From Candidatus Woesearchaeota archaeon (GTDB lineage: Archaea > Nanobdellota > Nanobdellia > Woesearchaeales > 21-14-0-10-32-9), in assembly GCA_021736975.1 (NCBI GenBank), contig JAIPET010000002.1:26512-90511 (forward strand): DNA of 64,000 nt, written 5' to 3'. Position 1 is the stretch's first letter, and each line of letters starts with the position of its first letter. The notes beneath the pieces were generated by a model. The model was not told the origin of the DNA, did not search any database, and saw only the letters and a program-made list of their open reading frames with translations. Position numbers and translations under genes: made by a program. Positions 37,412 to 47,426 of this stretch are shown here, piece after piece.

Positions 37412-38011
37412 ATGAAAGAAAAAATATTAATAATTTTTGCTCATCCTACTAATAAAGGCCATAATAATCTAATTTTTAATGAAATTAAAGAAAAGGTTTC
37501 TAACAAAAAGATTAGTTTTGAAGTTATTGATTTGTATAAGGATAAATTTGATCCTGTTCTTCATAAAAATGAATTATATACTCAAGGTGAAAAAGATATT
37601 TCTAAAAATGTTGAGAAATATCAAGATTTAATAGATAAACATGATAAATTAATTTTTATTTTTCCTATTTGGTGGAATAGTCCGCCTGCTATTTTAAAGG
37701 GTTTTTTTGATAAAGTTTTAACTTCAAGATTCGCTTTTATTTATAAAAAAGTTACTGGTGGTTTAAATATGCCTGTTGGTTTGTTAAAAGGTAAGAAAGC
37801 TGCTATTTTTTATACTACTGGTTCACCTAAGTTTTTTTATAATAGTCTTTTAGGTGCTCGTGGAAGAAAAGTTGTTTGTAATGATACTCTTGGTTTTTGT
37901 GGGATTAAAACTAAGGGTTTTCATCTTGATAATGCTAATAAAATAGATGATAAAACAAATATTAGAGTTAGTAAACTTGTAAATAAAGGTTTAGATTGGC
38001 TAATTAAATGA
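37412..38011 (+). CDS. Flavodoxin-like NAD(P)H dehydrogenase (quinone), NQO1/Flavodoxin_2 family
   Basis: ILIIFAHP N-terminus, IDLYKDKFDPVL, and FIFPIWWNSPPAILKGFFDKV, typical of Flavodoxin_2 proteins. Confidence 0.7.
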   Translation: MKEKILIIFAHPTNKGHNNLIFNEIKEKVSNKKISFEVIDLYKDKFDPVLHKNELYTQGEKDISKNVEKYQDLIDKHDKLIFIFPIWWNSPPAILKGFFDKVLTSRFAFIYKKVTGGLNMPVGLLKGKKAAIFYTTGSPKFFYNSLLGARGRKVVCNDTLGFCGIKTKGFHLDNANKIDDKTNIRVSKLVNKGLDWLIK

Positions 38012-38076
38012 ATTTTTCTTTTATTAAATTTTATTTTTGATAATATTTTTAAAACAAATATGGTTCTTTTTCATTT

Positions 38077-38150
38077 GGGGATATAGTGTAGCTTGGCTAT
38101 CATTGGCGGCTGGGGGCCGTCAGACCCGGGTTCAAATCCTGGTATCCCCA
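38077..38150 (+). tRNA. tRNA-Pro (anticodon GGG)
   Basis: GGGGATA..GGCGG-CTGGGGG-CCGTC..CCGGG-TTCAAAT-CCTGG-TATCCCC-A. G37 is present. Confidence 0.8.
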
Positions 38151-38199
38151 TGATTTTTTAAAAATATAATTTTAATTAATAATTTGTAACATAATTTTT

Positions 38200-39063
38200 T
38201 TATCCTTGGATATTTAGTTCATTTAGAGATATTTGTTTTTGTCCGAGTCGTTTTAGAACATTATCTTGATATTTTGTATTTTTGTTATTTGCTTCAAAGT
38301 ATTTTTTTGCTAGTTCTTCGTATTCTTCTTTTAGTTTTTCGTAATCTGTTTGAATTTCATCTATTTCTGATTTTTCTTGTTTTAGTTCATTGAAAATATT
38401 TGGATTTGACACTGCTGCGCGTCCTATCATGACTCCTTTGCAACCTATTTTTTTTAAGTATTCTACTTTTTCTTTTATATCTATATCTCCATTAGCAATT
38501 ATGTTTTTTCCTGTTGCAACGCATTCTTTTAGTGCTTCGTAGTCTGCTGGTTTTTCGTAATGTTCTGCTCCATGTCTTGCGTGAATTATAAAATAATCTG
38601 CGTCTACTTCTTTTATTATGTTTAAATATGCTTTTTTTCTTTTTTCATATTCATTAAGTCCAAGTCTCATTTTTATTGTGCAAGAATATCCTTTTTCTTT
38701 TACTAATTCAACCATTCTTTTTACTTTTGATACTCTTTTAATTAATGCGCAGCCCAATCCTTTTCTTATTAAATGTGGACTTGGACATCCTATGTTGAAA
38801 TTTATTCCGTTGAATCCTTTTGGTGGTTCGTATGCATCTAAGAATTTTTTTAGATCTTCTTCGTTTTTTGCAGATAGTTGTATTTGTGTTGGTATTTCGT
38901 TTAATATTGATATTTTTCGCTGCGTACTTTTGTTCTTTCGAACTAATCCTGCGAGTCTTGTCATTTCTGTGAATGTTTGATCTGCTCCGTGATTATAACA
39001 TAGTTCTCGTAAAGCATTGTCTGATGTATCTTCTAGCGGCGCCAGCATATATTTGAAATCCAT
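38200..39063 (-). CDS. tRNA-dihydrouridine synthase (Dus family) with a C-terminal coiled-coil extension
   Basis: Catalytic Cys region NFNIGCPSP, FMN-binding IIHARHG, and VMIGRAAVSNPNIF. Confidence 0.75.
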   Translation of the reverse strand: MDFKYMLAPLEDTSDNALRELCYNHGADQTFTEMTRLAGLVRKNKSTQRKISILNEIPTQIQLSAKNEEDLKKFLDAYEPPKGFNGINFNIGCPSPHLIRKGLGCALIKRVSKVKRMVELVKEKGYSCTIKMRLGLNEYEKRKKAYLNIIKEVDADYFIIHARHGAEHYEKPADYEALKECVATGKNIIANGDIDIKEKVEYLKKIGCKGVMIGRAAVSNPNIFNELKQEKSEIDEIQTDYEKLKEEYEELAKKYFEANNKNTKYQDNVLKRLGQKQISLNELNIQG

Positions 39064-39114
39064 ATTATTTGTAATGTTGTTTTGTTTATGAATTTATCTA
39101 ATTTTTAGAAGTGT

Positions 39115-39708
39115 TTATTTCCCTTTTCTATAAAATGTAAATCTTGGAAATATTTGTCTTTTTGGTTTTGGTCCTAAAAAGTCATTGTCTTTTGAATCTT
39201 TTATGTTTTCTATAGTATAATATGCTTTTGGATTGTTTTCTCTTATTATTTGTACTGTTTCTTGTACTTTTTTTCTATCCAGTATTATGAATAGAATTAT
39301 TACTTCGCCGTTTGTTCCTTCTCCTTTAACACTTGTTACATGATTGTATTTTTCTTTGAATATTTTTGCAAGATTTCTTGTGCCTTTTGGTTCTACGACT
39401 CTAATCAGTACTTTTGATGTTATTAATTTTTCTTCTAAAACCATACCTATATATGTTCCTAGTGCAAATCCTAGGCCGTATGCAAAGTATGCAACCCAGT
39501 TTGTTAAATTGTCCATTATTTGTCTTATTGCTAAAAGCCAAATGATTACTTCAAAAAATCCTATTATGGGCGCGTATGTTTTGTATCCTTTGGATATTAG
39601 TATTACCCTTATAGTTCCCATACTAACATCTATAATTCTGCTCATAACTATCAACAAAGGCAACACAGCATATGTAAACCAAGGATTTGATATTATTTCT
39701 TCAATCAT
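39115..39708 (-). CDS. UPF0316-family membrane protein (DUF2179-containing)
   Basis: N-terminal membrane domain with IIDVSMGTIRVILISKG, then a C-terminal soluble domain. Confidence 0.5.
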   Translation of the reverse strand: MIEEIISNPWFTYAVLPLLIVMSRIIDVSMGTIRVILISKGYKTYAPIIGFFEVIIWLLAIRQIMDNLTNWVAYFAYGLGFALGTYIGMVLEEKLITSKVLIRVVEPKGTRNLAKIFKEKYNHVTSVKGEGTNGEVIILFIILDRKKVQETVQIIRENNPKAYYTIENIKDSKDNDFLGPKPKRQIFPRFTFYRKGK

Positions 39709-39731
39709 TAATTGTTAGAAGTTTGATGCGT

Positions 39732-40796
39732 TTAAAAACGTTGAGGTTTTGTTTTAGTCCAAATTCTTTTTTGTTGATTGTATTGTTTTAATACATTTTC
39801 TGCTTGTTTGTTAAATGGAGAATATCCTGTTTTGTTTTCTTTTTTTAATATGTCTTTTGAATAATCTTCTGTATCTGTTACCCATATATCTATTCCGGTT
39901 ATTTTGTTTGGATTTGTTTTTTGTATTGCTTTTAGAAAATTTTTGTATGATTCTTTTTGTATTTTTTCATCTATTGGTCCTTGAAGATTATAATTAAACC
40001 ATGGTCTTTTATTTCCATTTTTTACACTTCTATATCCTATTTCAGATATATTTATTTCTTTATTAGTTGCGTCTAAAATTTTGTTTAAATAATATAAATA
40101 TTCAAAATATTTGTTTTCTTGTTCTAATTTTTCATTTTTCATAGAGACATAAAAGTCTATTCCTATTTTATCTATGTCTAGTGAATTTAATTTTTTTATT
40201 CTTTCTATTGAATTTTCTCCGCTTATTACTGTTGCTATGCTTATTTTTCCTTTGTATCCTTGTTTTTTTATTTGTTTTATGGTAAGTTCAAATAGTTCTG
40301 GTTTTGTTTTATATATTGAGTCTAGTTCCGAAGCAATAGTTATTTCTTCTACATCATAAATCATTGCTATTTGTGTCATATTTTGAATTATTTCGTTATA
40401 ATTTTTAATCCATTTTTTTTCATTTTTTGGATATAATTTAGTTCTAGATTCTTTTATTTTTGAGTTTATCATTGGTTTTAATTTCACAATTAAACCTTGA
40501 CTTTTGGCATATTGTATTGTTTTTTTCATTAAATCTTGAGAAAATTTACTTGTTTTTTCTATTTTTTCACTTTGATTGTTTTCTTGTAAATATATTGGAT
40601 TTATTATGATTGATGAAAAGTTCATTTCTATTAATTTGTCAATTGCTAATTTATGGTTATTTGTAAATTCTGTATCTATAAAAGAAGTTATATTTACTCC
40701 TGTTTGAGTGTGGAATTTTTCTAATGAATTTTTATATGTAAGAGACATATTTAATATTGTCCCTAATATAAATATTGATAATAAATTTTTTTTCAT
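39732..40796 (-). CDS. Secreted hypothetical protein, possibly a TIM-barrel glycoside hydrolase
   Basis: Signal peptide MKKNLLSIFILGTILNMS. The alternating beta/alpha pattern with conserved E/D positions suggests a GH5/GH26/GH113-like fold, but this is weak. Confidence 0.3.
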   Translation of the reverse strand: MKKNLLSIFILGTILNMSLTYKNSLEKFHTQTGVNITSFIDTEFTNNHKLAIDKLIEMNFSSIIINPIYLQENNQSEKIEKTSKFSQDLMKKTIQYAKSQGLIVKLKPMINSKIKESRTKLYPKNEKKWIKNYNEIIQNMTQIAMIYDVEEITIASELDSIYKTKPELFELTIKQIKKQGYKGKISIATVISGENSIERIKKLNSLDIDKIGIDFYVSMKNEKLEQENKYFEYLYYLNKILDATNKEINISEIGYRSVKNGNKRPWFNYNLQGPIDEKIQKESYKNFLKAIQKTNPNKITGIDIWVTDTEDYSKDILKKENKTGYSPFNKQAENVLKQYNQQKRIWTKTKPQRF

Positions 40797-41046
40797 ATAG
40801 TTAGAAGTTTAAATTTATATTTAATAGTTACTTTAAAATTACTTTAATAAATATTCAAACATTAATTTATACACAAAAAAATGTGACACAGTACAAACCA
40901 ATTCAAATAGTAAAACAAAAATATTTTGAAATACATAATTAAAAATTAATATTCTTCTTTAAATCAGGTCCTGATTAAAATTTAAGAGTATATTGTACTG
41001 TTTTGAATTAAGAAACTTTATATTCAGTCTTTTTTTCCATATATTT

Positions 41047-42195
41047 ATGGAAGCTGAGAAAACTAAGTATCATTCGTGGAAATCAGGAGATTTATGTGTT
41101 GGTTGTAGTATGTGTGTTGAAGGTAGAAAATTGGTTTTGTTTATTACAGGTATGTGTCCTAATAGGTGTTTTTATTGTCCTGTTAGTGAAGATAAATTTG
41201 GCGTAGATGTTGTTTATGCTAATGAGTGGCAAATTCTTGATCCAGAAAATCCTCTTGAGATGATTGAAGAAGCTAAATTGACAGAGGCTACTGGTGCAGG
41301 TATTACTGGTGGTGATCCTTTAGCTAATTTAAATAGAACTTGTAAATATATTAAAATTTTAAAGAAGGAATTTGGAAAAAATTTTCATATTCATCTTTAT
41401 ACTCCTTTAACTTTAGTTAATGAAAGAACTTTGAAAAGATTGTATGATGCTGGTCTTGATGAGATTCGTTTTCATCCTATGCTTGATGATGAAAAACTTT
41501 GGAAACGTCTTGATTTAGCTAAGAAATTTGATTGGACCGTTGGTGTTGAAATTCCTTGTGTTCCTGGTAAAGAAAAGGAATCTAAAAAAATGATTGATTT
41601 TATGATTGATAAAGTTGATTTTTTAAATTTGAATGAACTTGAGAGAAGCGACACTACAATTAGTCATTATAAGCTTGATGAAATGGGTTTTAAGCAACGA
41701 AATGATTTCACATATGGTGTTAAAGGTAGTAAAGAGCTTGCTATGAATCTTATTAGATATGGCAGGCAAAAGAAGCTTCCTGTTCATTTTTGTACTGGTA
41801 AATTAAAAGATAGTGTTCAAGTTGGTAATAGATTAAAATTAAGAGCGAAAAATGCAAAAAAAGAGTTTGATTTTGTTACTGATGAAGGTCTTTTAATTAG
41901 AGGTGTCGCATATTTTAATGGGTTAGAACCTGGTTTTGATTTTAAGAAAAGATTAATAGATGCTGATAGAAAAAATGTTGTAAAAAAATTAAATGAAATC
42001 AAAAGCAAATTTATTTCTAATAATAATTTAAAAGAAAGTGATATTTTTGTTGATGAAATGCATCTTAGATTTTGTATGAGTACTGAATTATGTGAAGATT
42101 TAGCTAAGGAATTAAAGAAAAGTGGTTTAATTCCTGCTTTAGTTGAAGAGTATCCTACTGTTGATGCGTTTAATGTTGAATTAGAATTCTTATAA
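41047..42195 (+). CDS. Radical SAM protein, PflA/AmrS-like activase type, with a C-terminal extension
   Basis: N-terminal C-x2-C-x3-C (CVGCSMC), then the canonical CPNRCFYC (CX3CX2C) and the GGDPL glycine motif. Confidence 0.65.
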   Translation: MEAEKTKYHSWKSGDLCVGCSMCVEGRKLVLFITGMCPNRCFYCPVSEDKFGVDVVYANEWQILDPENPLEMIEEAKLTEATGAGITGGDPLANLNRTCKYIKILKKEFGKNFHIHLYTPLTLVNERTLKRLYDAGLDEIRFHPMLDDEKLWKRLDLAKKFDWTVGVEIPCVPGKEKESKKMIDFMIDKVDFLNLNELERSDTTISHYKLDEMGFKQRNDFTYGVKGSKELAMNLIRYGRQKKLPVHFCTGKLKDSVQVGNRLKLRAKNAKKEFDFVTDEGLLIRGVAYFNGLEPGFDFKKRLIDADRKNVVKKLNEIKSKFISNNNLKESDIFVDEMHLRFCMSTELCEDLAKELKKSGLIPALVEEYPTVDAFNVELEFL

Positions 42196-42210
42196 AAAAA
42201 TTTAAAAAAA

Positions 42211-45114
42211 TTATTTTTTTAATTTATTTGCTTTAGCATAATATTTTTTTGCTTTTTGTGAATTACCTTTTTCATGGTGTTTTAATGCTTTTTTGTGTAG
42301 TCTTTTTATTTTAGTTTCTTTTGTTTCCCAAGGCATTCCTCCACCATCATGAAATGTGTATATTAGTAATAATAGTATTACGATAATTACAAAGATTGTT
42401 GTTGTATAATCCCCTTTATTTTCTTGTTCTTGAGTATTATTTGGTGAAGTTTCTTTTGGTGTAGAATCATCAACTATAGGCGCTACGTCTGTCGTAGTAG
42501 TATTAGTTTCTTTTTCTTGAGTTTTTTCATCAATTAATTCTTTTTCTTGAGTATTATCTATTCCTTTTGTTGCTATTGCAAATTCGCTAAATCCTGGTGA
42601 GTTTGCTTCATAGTAATAATAATTTGTATCATCACTTAATAGGGTTGTTTGTAATTCATCCCATTGATTTGTGTATCTGTATAATGCGATGTCTGTTTGT
42701 TTTATTTTATTTTCAGTCATCCAAGTTTTACTTATTTTAAAGTCTATTTTTGCATTTGTTATTGATTCGAAATTTTGCGCTGTTATTGTTAAATATTGAT
42801 ATACTGTTCCTTGTAATTTTTTTGTTGGTTCTTCAATGTGCATAGAGGTAAATTTAGCATAATTTTCTGGTTTACTTGATGTTACAACCATTTTTGTTAA
42901 AACTAAATTTTCATCAGTCCATGTTATAGTTGTTGGCGTATTTGCTGATACTATTAGGAATGTTTGCATTTCTCTTACTATATTTGTTGGTGTCACAGAT
43001 CCTATTGAAGTGGATGTAGTTGTTGAAGTTGATGAGGTTTCTTCTACTGTTGTTTCAGTATACGCGCTGAATTTTGTGAAGTGGTATGTCCATATTATTA
43101 GATCTGTTCCGTCATCATAATAACATTCTCCTGCTGCAGGTATGCCTGCTCCTGCTGCGTTTGTACATTGCGTTGTTATTTTACTTAATTGCGTTCCATC
43201 TATTGAGAACGCTGCATTTTTGCCTGTCATTCCTTCTAGTAATATCTTTATTGGTTGTGTGAAATTTAATCTTATTCCTGATAGTCCTACTTCTATTACT
43301 GAATCTACACTTGTTGTTTTTCCTGATACGCTTGGCGCTGTCATTTCAGCTGAATTAATTACTGTTGGTAATTGTACTAATCCATTCCATGATGAGTCTC
43401 CTTGTACTTGTGTTCCCGCTGGTATTGAAACTGAATAATTTGCAGTAGTTGTTTTTCTTGACATATTAAGTTGATTAACTAATGTTGTTGTTTTTTGATT
43501 TCCTGACGTATTTATTACTGCTTCAAAATTTAATACTACTGCTTCATCATCATCAACAGTGCTTGGTACATCTATATTTTGTACTGTTGCCCCGTTTGTT
43601 AAGTCTACAACTACTTCTGTTTGTCCTGATGTCGTTGTTATTTGCTGTTGTACTATTGGTGCTACTTTTTTCTTTACTATAAATGTGAATTGTTTTATTG
43701 TTGTTGTCGAATTTTTATTTAATGTTGCATTTACTTGTACTGTTACATCTTGACTATTGCTTCTTGTTACAAAGCCAGTGTTGTTTATTACGGCAGTGTT
43801 ACTTGAGTTCCAAACTATTGTTACATTTGGATAATTAGTGAAGTTTTCTCTAAAGTATAATCTTGCTCTTATATTTTCCTTGTCTATATTTCCATTTAGT
43901 ATTCTTGACAAGTTTAATTGTGATTTTGCTCCGTTTACTGATAGTGTATCTGCATCTAAAGTTCCATAAACTGTTATAATAAATGGTTTTGTTGTTGATG
44001 ATGCTCCTTTTGATATTGTTGCAGTTAAGGTTATATCTTTATTTGTGCTTTGTCTTGATACTGAGCCTTGTTTTGTTATTATGTTTTCATTGCTTGAGGT
44101 CCAACTTATTGTTGTTCCGTCTGTTCCTTGTGTTATTAAATCAAGGTCTGTTGAAACATTTGCTTGTAGTGTATTTTCTGCTTTTATAACACCGAAGATT
44201 AAGTTTGTTTTTGCACTTGTTACTGCAGCTGCATCTGTTTGAGTTTCTTCTACTACTGTTGCTATGAATGTTTTATAATCTGATGTATATCCTGATTTGC
44301 TTATTGTTGCGTTTAATAAGACACTTACATTTCCTTGTCCATAAGTTGGTCTTGTTACTTTTCCATCTATTGCTCTTATTGCTGAATTATTTGATGTCCA
44401 AGTTATTGACGTTCCATATGTTCCTACTTGTATTAAATCTAAGTTTGTTGTTATATTTGATATTGCTGAATTTGCTTTTAGAATATCGCTATTAGTTAAA
44501 CCAGATTTTTCTAGTGCAATATAATCACTTAAATCTATTTGAAAATCTATATCATTACTTTGTTCAAATGTATAAGGAGTTCCGCCATTTTCTGCTAAGA
44601 AGTATATTTCTGCTGAGTAATTATCTGAATTTACTCCTTCTCCTGTGAAATTCCATGTTGCTGATACGTTTATTTCTCCTGTATATCCTTCATCTGAAAA
44701 TCCATAACCATAGCCATAACCGTATCCGTATCCAAAGTCAACTGGGTCATTTGTTGAACCGTTTGCTGAAAGGTTTCCTTCGTCTTCTATGTTTGTACTT
44801 GTTTGAATTGTTAAATAATCACAACTTGTTAAATTTGTGCCGTCCATATCAAAAGTACATGATTTTACCAAATCATCTGTGCTGTTAAAAATATCTATTG
44901 TAAAATTTTGTAATGGTACTCTTTCATCTGTTTGAATATCTACTGAGAACGATAATTGAACTGATGCATCTTCTATGTTGTACGTTGATTTATCTGCTTG
45001 TCCAGATATTGTTAAAGCTGTTCCAAAACTTGATAGAAGAACTATTCCAAGAACTAATAAAGTAATCAACACACTATACGTTTTAGTACTTTTAATTTTG
45101 AATTTTTTTAACAT
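42211..45114 (-). CDS. Giant secreted surface protein (~967 aa) with a GYGYGYGYGYGF repeat, T/S-rich Ig-like repeats, a C-terminal TM helix and a basic cytoplasmic tail
   Basis: Start taken at MLKKFKIKSTKTYSVLITLLVLGIVLLSSFGTA (signal peptide). The C-terminal TM helix is TTTIFVIIVILLLLIYTF. Confidence 0.55.
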   Translation of the reverse strand: MLKKFKIKSTKTYSVLITLLVLGIVLLSSFGTALTISGQADKSTYNIEDASVQLSFSVDIQTDERVPLQNFTIDIFNSTDDLVKSCTFDMDGTNLTSCDYLTIQTSTNIEDEGNLSANGSTNDPVDFGYGYGYGYGYGFSDEGYTGEINVSATWNFTGEGVNSDNYSAEIYFLAENGGTPYTFEQSNDIDFQIDLSDYIALEKSGLTNSDILKANSAISNITTNLDLIQVGTYGTSITWTSNNSAIRAIDGKVTRPTYGQGNVSVLLNATISKSGYTSDYKTFIATVVEETQTDAAAVTSAKTNLIFGVIKAENTLQANVSTDLDLITQGTDGTTISWTSSNENIITKQGSVSRQSTNKDITLTATISKGASSTTKPFIITVYGTLDADTLSVNGAKSQLNLSRILNGNIDKENIRARLYFRENFTNYPNVTIVWNSSNTAVINNTGFVTRSNSQDVTVQVNATLNKNSTTTIKQFTFIVKKKVAPIVQQQITTTSGQTEVVVDLTNGATVQNIDVPSTVDDDEAVVLNFEAVINTSGNQKTTTLVNQLNMSRKTTTANYSVSIPAGTQVQGDSSWNGLVQLPTVINSAEMTAPSVSGKTTSVDSVIEVGLSGIRLNFTQPIKILLEGMTGKNAAFSIDGTQLSKITTQCTNAAGAGIPAAGECYYDDGTDLIIWTYHFTKFSAYTETTVEETSSTSTTTSTSIGSVTPTNIVREMQTFLIVSANTPTTITWTDENLVLTKMVVTSSKPENYAKFTSMHIEEPTKKLQGTVYQYLTITAQNFESITNAKIDFKISKTWMTENKIKQTDIALYRYTNQWDELQTTLLSDDTNYYYYEANSPGFSEFAIATKGIDNTQEKELIDEKTQEKETNTTTTDVAPIVDDSTPKETSPNNTQEQENKGDYTTTIFVIIVILLLLIYTFHDGGGMPWETKETKIKRLHKKALKHHEKGNSQKAKKYYAKANKLKK
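44700..44736 (-). repeat. Hexanucleotide tandem repeat (GGTTAT/GGCTAT-like, x5-6) encoding GYGYGYGYGYGF
   Basis: The plus strand reads CCATAACCATAGCCATAACCGTATCCGTATCC. Confidence 0.5.
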
Positions 45115-45299
45115 ATTCACCGCTTCTAACCCATCTAATATACATAGGACAAGTTTTTCTTTATAAACTTTTTTAAAAAACACACAACAATATGTATATT
45201 AAAATTATTCATTAATTAGTGATTAATAACTGAGTTTATTTAAGAAATTTATAGTTTCTTCTTTAAATTTTGAAAAAACAAACCAACACACACAATTTT

Positions 45300-46139
45300 T
45301 CAATGTAACTTTTTAAAATTAGAAGCTAAAGTTTTTTCTCCTTTTTTTACTTTTCTTTCAAGCTTTTTTATATCTTCTTCAGATGGAAGATTTTCAGGAA
45401 CTATTCCGTCCTCTGTTAAAACAGATCTTATTCGCTTATTGTTTTTTACGTGTTCATTAGTTATTTTTGGTTCTCCCTCTAAATCATCTTTTTTTACATT
45501 AAAATTAGTTATTTCAGTTGCTAAATTTTTAGCTGCTATAGTAACCGTTGGCAAGAAATCAGCCATAGCTCTGTTTTTTGGAATTTGAAGTTTCTTTTTC
45601 ATCTAAATTGTTGTTTTGACTCCAAATAAAGCTTGATCTCCTTTACTTCTAATTCTAGCAAAACCCTTATCATCAACTCCTCTTTCATATATTAATTTTG
45701 AAAGTTCAGTTTCAGACTTTGCAAGTTTTTCTCTTGCATCAAATCTTTCTTTAAGTCTTATCCTTTCTTCTATTAATTCTTGTTTTCTTGTTTGAATAGC
45801 AAAATAACTTTGAGCAAATGCAATTTCTTCTTTTCTTGAATCCCCATTTTGAGCTATAAGATAACAAGCATACCTTGTAAGCATAAAATCATCAATCTCT
45901 CGTTTACTTCCAGAACCTAAAGAAACCATTCTGTTGACACCAACGAAATGGTTTGAAATGGCAAATCCTGAGTTTTCGCAAGAAGCCTTTGCTTTTTCAA
46001 TAACATTCATAAAATTTCTAAAATCCTCATAACCAAGTAATTTTTGCAAGTCTCTTGCAAACCAGAACTCTATGTTTTCTTTTTCAAAAGCATGTTCTTC
46101 AAAATTTTTTGTTAGTTTTGATATTATTGATTTTTCCAT
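45300..46139 (-). pseudogene. dinD: DinD-like (DNA-damage-inducible protein D family) gene interrupted by an in-frame TAG at 45603-45605
   Basis: The N-terminal piece FWFARDLQKLLGYEDFRNFMNVIEKAKASCENSGFAISNHFVGVNRMVSLGSGSKREIDDFMLTRYACYLIAQNGD...YFAIQTRKQEL is collinear with E. coli DinD. The C-terminal piece continues immediately after the stop (TAG then ATG). Confidence 0.7.
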
Positions 46140-46175
46140 TCACCTTAGAGATTATTCTTATTATATATACATTTT

Positions 46176-46281
46176 GTTAACACTTGACTCGTGTTTATAA
46201 AGATAATTTGTTTTAAGGTCTTAAACTACTAAAGCTTACAAATATAGACTTATTCAAAATTATTACTAATTGAATTGTGAG
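46176..46281 (-). promoter_or_regulatory. Promoter module A upstream of the DinD-like gene: TATA (TTTATAAA on the minus strand) plus the palindrome GTTAACACTTGAC plus a ~80-nt conserved upstream segment
   Basis: About 70% identical over ~105 nt to modules B (47322-47426) and C (51149-51254). Confidence 0.5.
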
Positions 46282-46319
46282 TTTATCCGGAAAAAATCCC
46301 TATGATATTAACAAATTAA

Positions 46320-46345
46320 ACCCCTCGAATTTGAGGGGTTTAAAT
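46320..46345. terminator. Perfect 9-bp GC-rich hairpin AAACCCCTC-GAATTT-GAGGGGTTT followed by a T-rich tract on the minus strand
   Basis: Read directly. It lies just 3' of the ORF6N-like remnant and 5' of the DinD promoter module. Confidence 0.5.
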
Positions 46346-46360
46346 TTATCTAGAATCAAT

Positions 46361-47295
46361 TCAAAATAATTGTTTTAACATTTCTAAAGTTTCTTCTTTG
46401 AACTTTGAGAAAGCAAACCACTTCTTACCCACGTCTATTAATTATGCTCCTACGTGATAGATTTCTTTTTTATCTAAAATCAAGAATCTGTCATGAGATT
46501 TATCAAATTCTTTAATTTCTATGTTTTCAAATTGTTCGTTATGTTTTTTAAGATCTAAAATTAATTGTTTTGTTAAGTTTTTTGTTAGAATAATTGCAGT
46601 TACATTTGACTTTCTTTTAGAAAGCAATGTTAGATTTGTTCATCAATAAAATTATTAATTAAAATTATTTATTGATTAGCTGATTTTATTAGATTTGTTA
46701 TGAATTTATATGCGTCAAATGTTTTTCCTTCAAAGAATATTCCTTTTTCAGACTTAATATCTTTTTCCTGAATTAAATTGAATACTTTTTCAAAGTCCTT
46801 ATTTGTTTTGAATTCAAATTCTATTTGCTTTCTTTCTAAGCTGTTAACTTTTAGTAGAATATTTGAATTTTGGCTTAAGAATCTTCTCATTTCAACGAAT
46901 GCGTTGATAATTTTGATGCTAACATTTATTGCAGTTTTGCTTCTTAAAACTGCAGAAAGCATAGAAACTCCTTGTTCTGTGAATGCGTAAGGTAAATATT
47001 TTCTATGTTTACCTCTACCTGTTTCTAAGGTCGCATTTTGCGATCTTAAAGGATTTTCCTTGTTTAAGGTGCCAAATTGGAACCTCAAGTTTTCATACTC
47101 TTCTTCTGTTAATTGAAAAATAAAATTTTCTGGAAATCTTTCTTTATTTCTTTTTACTGCTCTATTCAAAATTTTTGTTTCTACATCATAAAGTTCTGCT
47201 AAATCGCTGTCTATCATTACTTTTTGTCCTCTGAGTTCATAGATTTTGTTTTTAATTTGTTCTTCAAGAATTATGTCTTTTTGCATATGTTTCAA
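46361..47295 (-). pseudogene. ORF6N-domain (KilA-N clan antirepressor-like) gene, disrupted by a frameshift and an in-frame TAA
   Basis: The N-terminal 208-aa ORF has the ORF6N signature IYELRGQKVMIDSDLAELYDVETKILNRAVKRNKERFPENFIFQLTEEE. After a frameshift the C-terminal remnant reads ...SHDRFLILDKKEIYHVGA-TAA-LIDVGKKWFAFSKFKEETLEMLKQLF. The ORF in the track starts with TTG. Confidence 0.6.
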
Positions 47296-47321
47296 GAATT
47301 ATTTTGTTATAAATGGTTTTA

Positions 47322-47426
47322 GTCAACACTTGACTAGTGCTTATAAATAAAGGTTCTTAGAGAACTTTAAATTATCAAATTTTGTAAATACAGACTTATT
47401 CGAAAAAAATACTGATTGGCTTGTAG
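47322..47426 (-). promoter_or_regulatory. Promoter module B upstream of the ORF6N-like gene, containing the palindrome GTCAACACTTGAC
   Basis: See module A. It abuts the stop of the upstream cytidylyltransferase gene. Confidence 0.5.

Noticed and set aside
9070-45183. PGF-CTERM or PEF-CTERM archaeosortase sorting signals on the surface proteins
   Set aside because: The C-termini consist of a plain TM helix followed by Lys-rich tails with no PGF or PEF tripeptide. Ordinary type I anchoring fits better.
45600-46444. Stop-codon reassignment or readthrough as an explanation for the in-frame TAG in DinD and TAA in the ORF6N gene
   Set aside because: Two different stop codons are involved, one gene also has a frameshift, and neighbouring intact genes terminate normally on TAA, TAG or TGA. 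Pseudogenisation is the simpler reading.
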